Shown here: in pieces, positions 1 to 7,252 of the stretch
Layout of the letters: the number at the start of each line of letters is the position of its first letter
Numbering within the stretch: the stretch's first letter is position 1
Virus record (IMG/VR): IMGVR_UViG_3300037781_000006
Coordinates: 1-64,000 of that record
Direction: 5' to 3' (one strand)
DNA: 64,000 nucleotides
DNA from: a virus
Taxonomy: Duplodnaviria; Caudoviricetes
Translations under genes and position numbers: made by a program
The notes under the pieces: generated by a model
What the model saw: the letters and a program-made list of their open reading frames with translations, nothing else
What the model was told of the DNA's origin: nothing
The model's database searches: none

Positions 1-572
1 AGATCCATGAGAGCTTGCTGACCCTCCTGACGGACAGGCTGAATCAGAAGACTCTCGCTCTTGTTCAGAGCATACACCGGGGAGATGTTTTCCTTAACCG
101 GGGCAAGCTGATTTTTGTCACCGACGAAGAGAATCTTGCAGGTGCTGGTCGTACCCTTGTCGATGTAATCGTACAGGTTCCGATTCACCATGGAGGCTTC
201 ATCGACGATGATCAGAGTCCGATCATGAACCTCCCACTTGGGAGTCGGAATCACTCGCTGCTCACCAGTAGAGAAGTCGTTGTGAACCCGAAGGTTCATG
301 AAGCTGTAGATGGTCTGGATGTCAGACCGACGGTGCTGCATGGAGTTCTTGAGAACCGCTGCTGCTTTGTTGGTGGTGGCTGTGATGGCGACATACTGAA
401 GATCGGACTGAGGCCCTTTGTGCTTCAGGATGTCGTCTGCGACTTTGGAGATGAAGAAACTCTTGCCTGTACCAGCACCACCTGAAACCCGATGGAACTT
501 CCGTGCTGGGTCGTTGATGAAAGCCAGTACATCGGCAAAAGCATCTCGTTGTTCTTGGTTCAGGCTCGCCAT
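1..572 (-). CDS. SF1B (Dda/RecD-like) DNA helicase, N4 gp37-like; 5' part only, runs off left edge
   Basis: Manual translation from ATG at 572: MASLNQEQRDAF..., Walker A VSGGAGTGKS, Walker B IIVDEASM, LFVGDENQLAPV. No stop before the window edge. Confidence 0.9.
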   Translation of the reverse strand, partial: MASLNQEQRDAFADVLAFINDPARKFHRVSGGAGTGKSFFISKVADDILKHKGPQSDLQYVAITATTNKAAAVLKNSMQHRRSDIQTIYSFMNLRVHNDFSTGEQRVIPTPKWEVHDRTLIIVDEASMVNRNLYDYIDKGTTSTCKILFVGDKNQLAPVKENISPVYALNKSESLLIQPVRQEGQQALMD

Positions 573-919
573 TTTTCGAGATACCTTTCGTTGTTCATTG
601 AACATTCTCGGATGATGTCATGTTCAATGTCAGTTACATTATCAGGATGGATGTCAGGGTGGATCATGTAGATTCCACGAAAACCTTTGAGATTCTGATG
701 TGTCATTGTGTTCAAACCATGGCACTGAATCTGAAGTTTGTCTGGTCCATAGACCAAAGCAAGAGAGTGACGGCTTGATTGAGAAAAGTTCTCAACATGC
801 CAGAGGTCACATACACGACGAAACATCCACGCAGCTTGATCACGGTTCCAACAAATGAGTCTCATGTTAAGACCTTTGTTTAACCCGTTCATAACATTAG
901 GATAACTGATTTCGATCAT
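560..919 (-). CDS. Hypothetical protein (119 aa)
   Basis: SD GAGGGA before ATG; stop overlaps the helicase start. Confidence 0.7.
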   Translation of the reverse strand: MIEISYPNVMNGLNKGLNMRLICWNRDQAAWMFRRVCDLWHVENFSQSSRHSLALVYGPDKLQIQCHGLNTMTHQNLKGFRGIYMIHPDIHPDNVTDIEHDIIRECSMNNERYLEKWRA

Positions 920-934
920 GGTTCCCTCTTGAAG

Positions 935-967
935 AAAAACCCCTCACCTCCGGAGAGATGAGGGGTT
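935..967 (-). terminator. Intrinsic terminator downstream of nrdJ
   Basis: Minus strand AACCCCTCATCTC-TCCG-GAGGTGAGGGGTT followed by TTTCTTC. Confidence 0.75.
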
Positions 968-1050
968 GGAGCAGAGGACTGTGTTGATGAGGCAGGGCGT
1001 TCACACCTGCTGTCTACGTTCCGATGAGGAATTACCTCATCTGCTCTCGA

Positions 1051-3402
1051 TCAGCCACATTTGCTGTAGCCACAGTCCTGACACGTCGGGCATCCAGAGA
1101 GATCCACCATGCTGAAACCTTTGCAGCTTGGGCATTGATCCGGCACATGGCCAGTATCGGGCGACTGCTTGGCATCTTCCTCAACCTCGATGAGTGAGGA
1201 GGTCTCTTGTGGTAGGCTCTCAGGGGTCGATTGATACCCGATGTTGTCGAGGTGCTCCGACAGCTTTTGGCCTATCAGAGCAACCAGAGAAGGACAGTAC
1301 CGACCGTCCACCCACTGACCACCTTTGGGGTCGTGGATCTGCTTGAGTTCTTCAGCCACGAACCGAACGTCTCCGCCACGCTGGAACACTGCACTGACCA
1401 TTCGGGTCAGAGCCGCAGTCCATTGGTGGTGTTCGACGTTCTTGCTGTTGATGAAGATCTCGAACGGCATGAACCAGTCGTGCTCAGGATCGACGACGTT
1501 GTTGAAGGTGACGTAGTAGCTGTCCCCTCCCCAGCGACACTTGTAGGTCGTGCCCTCAACAGAATGAGGACGAGCAACCACTCGCATGTCACCGTCGTAC
1601 TCTTTGTTGACCACTTCCGGTTCTTTGGCCGGTTCTTCTTCTTTGGTTTCAACGGACAAGACGGATCCTGTCACGTCGTTTGGCCGGTAGGTTGTGCAAC
1701 CTTTGCAGCCAGTTTCGAAGGCGTGATCGTAGACTGCTTTGAAGTCCTCGAACGAGATGTCCTCGGGCAGATTGACAGTCTTCGAGATGGACGAGTCCAC
1801 CCACTTCTGAAGAACGGCCTGCATGACGATGTGGTCTTCAGGAGTGAGATCCTGAGCCGTGGCCATGTAGTTCTCCCACCACCAGATGGCGTCGGGGTTG
1901 TCGTTCTCACCGAAGTGCTCTTCGAATTTGAGCACAGCGTAGTCGTACACTGTCTCGGTTCGCTTGGTTCCGTCGTCATTGGTGACTTTCCGCTGATAGG
2001 ACGGAGCGAAGATCGGCTCACCACCGGAACTGACATTGCCAGCATACATGCTGATGGTCCCTGTGGGAGCCACCGACAGCAGGTGAGAGTTTCGGATACC
2101 GACCTCAAGGATGTCGTCCTTGATGTACTGAGGCATCCGCTGCATGAAGCCAGACTGAATGAACTTCTCACGGGCTTCGAGGGATTGGAGACAAGGTGCT
2201 GGACCCATCTCCCGTGCCATCTGAATGGACTCTTCGTAAGCCCAGATGGCGATGTTCATCATGATCGTGTCGGTGAAATCGACAGCTTGTTCGCTGCCGT
2301 ACCGATGACCAGTCATGAACAGAGCATCAGCCAGTCCGGTCACACCCAAGCCTTGGCGACGCTTGAAGCGTGCTTCGTCTCGTTGTGCTTCCAGAGGGAA
2401 CAGGCTGGTCTCCACCACGCTGTCCAGAATTCGAACCCCAGTCCGTACCGACTCTTCCAGCGCATTCATGTCGATCTCTGCCTGTCCTTTGACGAACGGG
2501 AAGACGACATGCTTTGCCAGATTCACCGAACCAAGCAGACAGGCACCATACGGAGGCAGAGGCTGCTCACCGCATGGATTCGTAGCTGCAATGGTTTCGA
2601 GGAACCAGAGGTTGTTCTCCTTGTTGATCCGGTCGATGAAGATCACGCCCGGTTCAGCGTAGTTGTAGGTGTTCCACAGGATTGCTTCCCACAGATCATT
2701 GGCCTTGATGGTTTCGTAGACCTGACCATTGAACATGAGATCCCAGTCAGAATCGTGAGCCACCGCTTCCATGAACTCATCGGTACAGAGCACCGACACG
2801 TTGAAGTTGCGGAGACGTGCAGGATCTTGCTTGGCTGTGACGAACTCCATGATGTCCGGATGGTCACACCGCATGGTGGCCATCATAGCACCCCGTCGGC
2901 TGCCTGCTGACATGATGGTCTTGCACATCGCATCCCAGACATCCATGAATGTGAGAGGACCGCTGGAGAAGCTCTCCACGCCCTTCACAGGTGCTCCCTT
3001 CGGACGAAGGGTCGAGAAATCGTAACCGATTCCACCACCTTGCTGCATGGTGAGTGCAGCTTCCTTCAGCATGTCGAAGATGCCGTCGAGACTGTCTGGG
3101 ATGGTTCCCATGACGTAGCAGTTGAACAGGGTCACGTTGCGTCCTGTACCTGCACCGGAATTGATCCGACCAGCGGGCAAGAACTTGAAGTCATACAGAG
3201 CACTGAAGAACCTCTGTTCGAGGGCCTCTCGTTCTGCATGGTTGTTGTGGAGATGCGGAAGATCTGAACAGGCAGATGCGATCCGATTCCACGTATCAAC
3301 CACATCCACGTCAGAGTCGAAACCTTCACGATCCGTTTTGAAACGGTACTTCTGGTTCCAGATCTGCTCGCTGATGGGTTGAGGGAAATGGGCTTCACTC
3401 AT
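1051..3402 (-). CDS. nrdJ: Class II (adenosylcobalamin-dependent) ribonucleotide reductase with C-terminal TSCPD/Zn-ribbon region
   Basis: Motifs FLPAGR, TLFNCYV, GGGIG, ATNPCGEQ, APTGTIS, KGCTTYRP; C-terminal CxxC...CxxC...C. No small-subunit gene nearby. Confidence 0.93.
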   Translation of the reverse strand: MSEAHFPQPISEQIWNQKYRFKTDREGFDSDVDVVDTWNRIASACSDLPHLHNNHAEREALEQRFFSALYDFKFLPAGRINSGAGTGRNVTLFNCYVMGTIPDSLDGIFDMLKEAALTMQQGGGIGYDFSTLRPKGAPVKGVESFSSGPLTFMDVWDAMCKTIMSAGSRRGAMMATMRCDHPDIMEFVTAKQDPARLRNFNVSVLCTDEFMEAVAHDSDWDLMFNGQVYETIKANDLWEAILWNTYNYAEPGVIFIDRINKENNLWFLETIAATNPCGEQPLPPYGACLLGSVNLAKHVVFPFVKGQAEIDMNALEESVRTGVRILDSVVETSLFPLEAQRDEARFKRRQGLGVTGLADALFMTGHRYGSEQAVDFTDTIMMNIAIWAYEESIQMAREMGPAPCLQSLEAREKFIQSGFMQRMPQYIKDDILEVGIRNSHLLSVAPTGTISMYAGNVSSGGEPIFAPSYQRKVTNDDGTKRTETVYDYAVLKFEEHFGENDNPDAIWWWENYMATAQDLTPEDHIVMQAVLQKWVDSSISKTVNLPEDISFEDFKAVYDHAFETGCKGCTTYRPNDVTGSVLSVETKEEEPAKEPEVVNKEYDGDMRVVARPHSVEGTTYKCRWGGDSYYVTFNNVVDPEHDWFMPFEIFINSKNVEHHQWTAALTRMVSAVFQRGGDVRFVAEELKQIHDPKGGQWVDGRYCPSLVALIGQKLSEHLDNIGYQSTPESLPQETSSLIEVEEDAKQSPDTGHVPDQCPSCKGFSMVDLSGCPTCQDCGYSKCG

Positions 3403-3473
3403 GGTGGACCTCTTGGGTTGTGATGAAACGGGATGTTCGGTGTACCAATGTCACTTCAGAGGAGCAAGCTCAT

Positions 3474-3830
3474 TTAGTTGTTGCGATGACCTCCACCACC
3501 ATGAGTGGTCTTTTTCTCCATCTCATCAAGGGCTTTGAACTCATCCTCGGTCAAGGCGGCTGTAGTACCACCCATCAAACCAACGCCGTAGCTCAGGCCC
3601 AGTTGGAAAGAGGCTCGCTCTTGAAGTGTGGGGAAGATCATCGGTTCGATGTCGTCGTCCAAGGAGGTTTTCACATTGAAGCTGAACTCCCCAAGAGGGT
3701 AGATCACAATGTCCCCAGTGCCTTCTGGTATATCCTGCATCGAGTCGATGTAGTTCACCAAGTTTTGGACTTCCGGAGGACCAAACCGATTGAAGATCCA
3801 CCACCGAATTCCCAATTTCGATTGGCTCAT
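3474..3830 (-). CDS. Hypothetical protein (118 aa)
   Basis: ATGA overlap with the upstream gene; co-directional. Confidence 0.7.
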   Translation of the reverse strand: MSQSKLGIRWWIFNRFGPPEVQNLVNYIDSMQDIPEGTGDIVIYPLGEFSFNVKTSLDDDIEPMIFPTLQERASFQLGLSYGVGLMGGTTAALTEDEFKALDEMEKKTTHGGGGHRNN

Positions 3831-4375
3831 GCTCGCATCCTTTCTGCTGTTGCGAAAATGTGATCACTGATGAAGTCATCATCATGACATCCAAAGTTGA
3901 GGATGGGAATCTGATGGTCTTCAGCAATTCGGAGTGCTTGTCCAGTACCTCCGACGATCTTTCCGTCTGGAGTCCAGCAGAGGACAAATGCTGAGGGTGT
4001 GGCCAGATCTCTTCCGAGAACTTGGTAGCAATTCCGTGCATGGAAATCGCGTCCAGAGCATGAGACGATCTCCCATCTTGGATGATACTGTTTGGCAAGC
4101 ATCCTTGCAGCTTTGTCTGAACCAAAGAGAGGAGATTGGTTTTTCCGGAAGCCCTTCCATGGGAGATATATCTCTTTGAGGGTTGAGGGATCGACATCAT
4201 GGCATTTCGCATATTCATCGACGCCTGATTCGAAACTTTCATCAGCCCCTTGAGCACCTCCAGATCGGAGGGTAAATCCCATTGCTGCGAGTGCCTTACC
4301 CGCTGCATACATCTTTCGGCGTATGTCTTCGGGCGTTTCTCTTGATCCGATTCCGGCATAGCTAATCGTGCTCAC
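3827..4375 (-). CDS. SLOG-superfamily (DprA/Smf-like Rossmannoid) protein
   Basis: YAGIGSRETP...LRSGGAQGAD and later GGTGQALRIA, the pattern typical of phage SLOG/DprA-like proteins. Confidence 0.75.
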   Translation of the reverse strand: MSTISYAGIGSRETPEDIRRKMYAAGKALAAMGFTLRSGGAQGADESFESGVDEYAKCHDVDPSTLKEIYLPWKGFRKNQSPLFGSDKAARMLAKQYHPRWEIVSCSGRDFHARNCYQVLGRDLATPSAFVLCWTPDGKIVGGTGQALRIAEDHQIPILNFGCHDDDFISDHIFATAERMRA

Positions 4376-4661
4376 GGAGCAAAGCCTCCTTGTGTGCAGG
4401 AAGGAGATCTTCCATCACATATTCAGGAGGATAGAAGAGTTCCTTCATTTCATTCAGGGTGCAGCGGATGAGGTTTCCCGCATCTGTTACCACCAAGAAA
4501 GTGGGGTCAGGATTCAGGGAGGTAACACCACCCACTGTGACAGCATTGCCGGTAGCACGGCCATCCCGTGTGGGAAGGGCTGCATTGGGCAGGGTGTAGT
4601 CCCCATGGGCCAGATCTTTGGCCCAATGAGGAAGAAGAACAGCGTCACGACGATCAGTCAT
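4362..4661 (-). CDS. Hypothetical protein (99 aa)
   Basis: Overlaps neighbouring genes at both ends in the operon. Confidence 0.7.
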   Translation of the reverse strand: MTDRRDAVLLPHWAKDLAHGDYTLPNAALPTRDGRATGNAVTVGGVTSLNPDPTFLVVTDAGNLIRCTLNEMKELFYPPEYVMEDLLPAHKEALLREHD

Positions 4662-5068
4662 CAGAACGTCCCCCAGTATTGGAAGCGATCACCGAGGATG
4701 TCTTTCCATGTGGTGTCGAAGTGGCAGTTGTCAGGTGCTGGTTCGAAGAGAGGTGCGATCTCTTCCTTGGTGAAACCACCAAGACCACAGCCAACCTGAG
4801 TGACTTTGAACTGTGCTCCTCGTCCATACCAGTATTCGGCAGTGGAGATGAAGCGAGTGACCGAATTCCTCACCTCTTCCAGAGGGATGAACTCAATCTT
4901 CCAGCCTTTGGTTGGCAGGGCATAGCACATGGGCTGAGTGGGAGAACCACCAGTCATCCCTTCACCGATGCCCCATTGAGCACCCAGTACCTTGTGAGCA
5001 TAGCGTGCTGCTCCGGCACCATGGATTCCTGCCTTGTTGGATCCGAAGACGAAAATCATGTCAGTCAT
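4661..5068 (-). CDS. Macrodomain-like protein (IFVFGSN...GxHGxGAA family)
   Basis: IFVFGSNKAGIHGAGAA and FKVTQVGCGLGG resemble the two Gly-rich ADP-ribose-binding loops of macrodomains. Confidence 0.6.
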   Translation of the reverse strand: MTDMIFVFGSNKAGIHGAGAARYAHKVLGAQWGIGEGMTGGSPTQPMCYALPTKGWKIEFIPLEEVRNSVTRFISTAEYWYGRGAQFKVTQVGCGLGGFTKEEIAPLFEPAPDNCHFDTTWKDILGDRFQYWGTF

Positions 5069-5357
5069 TTCTCATGTCCTTCATGAGTTTGTCGAAGTCT
5101 TCGTCAGACATGGGAGCCATGGTGGACCCTGCATGTTGGGTGAGGTCTCTCTGGATGAGATCTTCGAGAGTGGCAGGAGAACCATGGTATTCGATTTCCA
5201 TGGTATCAGCTTCAAGAAGCTGATCGAGCTTCTCGTTGATCCGTTTCTCGGTCTTGTGGATGGACTGAGCATGGATCACTTGCATGATCAGGCCCAGAAA
5301 CAAGCACCCCAGCATGATGGCTTGTGTCACCAGTATCGGTGTTGATGTGTCGAGCAT
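5061..5357 (-). CDS. Hypothetical membrane-anchored protein (98 aa; start reassigned to MLDTS)
   Basis: SD GGAGAAGAG before ATG at 5357; hydrophobic segment ILVTQAIMLGCLFLGLIMQV. Confidence 0.6.
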   Translation of the reverse strand: MLDTSTPILVTQAIMLGCLFLGLIMQVIHAQSIHKTEKRINEKLDQLLEADTMEIEYHGSPATLEDLIQRDLTQHAGSTMAPMSDEDFDKLMKDMRND

Positions 5358-5658
5358 CGTCTCTTCTCCGTTGGTTCTGTTTGTGTGTGACCATTTCGAG
5401 ATGATCAGGATTGACGCACATACGGTTGCGACACTTGTGGTCAATCTGTTTCTTCCCCGGAATGTATCCGTGGACTTGGGTGTACATCACTCGATGCACA
5501 GCGACAGTGTGACCTGAAAGACACATGCGAGGATACCCTCCTCCACGTCCATTCCCAGAGTCAGAGCCTTGCCAGATGTGACACTCAGTCTCGTAGCCAA
5601 GATCAACGATCTCCACGTTGGAATACACTTTTTCTTGGATCTCTGAGCGGCGACACAT
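5212..5658 (-). CDS. HNH endonuclease (start reassigned to MCRRSE)
   Basis: CHIWQG...GYP...VHRVMY...IDHKCRNRMCVNPDHLEMVTHKQN; SD GGAG before ATG at 5658. Confidence 0.85.
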   Translation of the reverse strand: MCRRSEIQEKVYSNVEIVDLGYETECHIWQGSDSGNGRGGGYPRMCLSGHTVAVHRVMYTQVHGYIPGKKQIDHKCRNRMCVNPDHLEMVTHKQNQRRRDDARHINTDTGDTSHHAGVLVSGPDHASDPCSVHPQDRETDQREARSAS

Positions 5659-5802
5659 CTGGAAAAACTCCTTCGATTTAATTTTCGCGGCGGAACTCGC
5701 GTCATGTAGAACAAAACGTGAACACCCACTAGTACCCAGATTCAGTCTTAAATCGGGGGATGAGAAGGCCAAAACAGGCACTAGTGGGGTCACTCACAGA
5801 TC

Positions 5803-7233
5803 TTAGCTGATTGCAGCGAGGATCTGCTTCTCTTCGGTACGGTTGAAGCCGAGAGCTTGGTAGCTCTTCTTCTTGCCACGCTTGAAGGCGGCCAGAGCTT
5901 CGAATGCACCTTGCTGGAAGTACAGGCGAGCCTGTTCAGCGACAGTCATGCTGGAGGACTTGAACTTGACGTAGCCGTCATAGTCGTACTTGTCCTGCCA
6001 GCGACCCATGGTCCGGGTCGAGGTGTTGTGAAGTGCAGCGATTGCCGACTTCGAGCCTTTCTCCAGACGGAGGTCTTCGAACACTGCGATGACTTCGCTG
6101 GGAGCGTCGTCCCACGCATTTGCACCAGTCGCAGCTTTCTGAGAGGTTTTTGCCATCTTCACGATGTCCTTCTTCTCACGCTGGACAGTCTCATCAGTGT
6201 TCAGAGACTCTCCAGAAGGTTGGATGTCAGGTTTGGATTCTTCCAAAGCCATGGCAGGAATCTCACGGCCTTTGATGGCCACTCGTTCCAGAATCTCCTT
6301 CTGACCCACCTTCACAGCTTCGAACGGCTTGATGGCACGTCCAGCAACTGCGTCAGCGATGACAGATTTGAAGGTCTGTTCCCCGGTCACGAAGGATCCG
6401 GAGTCCACCATCTGGTGTGCTCGTGCAGTCATCACACCGATGACATCATATGCACAAACACGGGCTTTGTTCGTCTCGCCATGAGGGACAGCGATGAAGT
6501 TCGCAGGATCCACCAGAACGATCAGAGTGTGAGTACCACCAAACCCACTGAGGTAGCCGAGATTGGCCACATGCAGGCCATGGGAGCAGGAACGGTTGCG
6601 GCTGGGATCGACCCCATCCACGTCCATCCACACATGGCTCCCGACCTGTTGTTCGATCTTGCCCGAATGGACATCGACGAACATCCCGTTGGGCCGTTGG
6701 TTCACCTTCTTGTACCCGATGATCAGACCGTCGTTGGTGAGCGGAAGCTCAGACCGTTCGATGAAGTCCATCAGATCTTCAGCACTGTGAAGGCGATCTT
6801 TGGCCACTGGGGCGAGGCGACGAAGGAAGTTGCGTACCGCAGGCGAATCTTCCGCAGCAGCACGGTTGGCGTGCTTCTGGAGCTTCTCCACCTTCGGGAT
6901 GACAACCTGTTCACCTTCGTGCTCAACGGCCACAGAGACTTTCTGGGGATAGAAGATCCCCTGAACCTGTTTGCCGTCGATTTCGTGTGTGACAATGATG
7001 CCACTGTTCTCGTAGCCATCAGGAATGATGGCTTTCGAGATTGTCATGAACTGGTTCAGGTCTGTCTCGATGACAGATTTCCCGTCCAGCTTGGGAGTCA
7101 GAAACTCCGCAAGTGCCGTCGTGTCATACGGGCCGTCGATCTTCATATCGAGCACTTCACCTTCAGCGGTGATGAGCATGATATTCGTCTCGGAAGCCAG
7201 CATGGACACGACGTTCTTCGTGTTGTTGGTCAT
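5803..7233 (-). CDS. rIIB: rIIB-like protein (N4 gp34-like)
   Basis: SCSHGLHVANLGYL and KARVCAYDV motifs; directly downstream of rIIA. Confidence 0.85.
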   Translation of the reverse strand: MTNNTKNVVSMLASETNIMLITAEGEVLDMKIDGPYDTTALAEFLTPKLDGKSVIETDLNQFMTISKAIIPDGYENSGIIVTHEIDGKQVQGIFYPQKVSVAVEHEGEQVVIPKVEKLQKHANRAAAEDSPAVRNFLRRLAPVAKDRLHSAEDLMDFIERSELPLTNDGLIIGYKKVNQRPNGMFVDVHSGKIEQQVGSHVWMDVDGVDPSRNRSCSHGLHVANLGYLSGFGGTHTLIVLVDPANFIAVPHGETNKARVCAYDVIGVMTARAHQMVDSGSFVTGEQTFKSVIADAVAGRAIKPFEAVKVGQKEILERVAIKGREIPAMALEESKPDIQPSGESLNTDETVQREKKDIVKMAKTSQKAATGANAWDDAPSEVIAVFEDLRLEKGSKSAIAALHNTSTRTMGRWQDKYDYDGYVKFKSSSMTVAEQARLYFQQGAFEALAAFKRGKKKSYQALGFNRTEEKQILAAIS

Positions 7234-7252
7234 GGTTTTCCTCTTGGTTTGA

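Noticed and set aside
935-1050. Cobalamin riboswitch associated with nrdJ
   Set aside because: The element is downstream rather than upstream of nrdJ, too short, and lacks B12-box motifs.
1231-2910. 559-aa + strand ORF, and similar long antisense ORFs at 5857-7278, 7325-9817, 45211-46935, 57999-60491 and 60510-63803
   Set aside because: Shadow ORFs opposite real genes (nrdJ, rIIB, rIIA, MCP, vRNAP). They arise from sense-strand codon bias and have no SD or recognisable motifs.
1051-3402. Intein or intron in nrdJ, terL or the RNAP genes
   Set aside because: Lengths are typical and no splicing motifs or LAGLIDADG insertions were seen.
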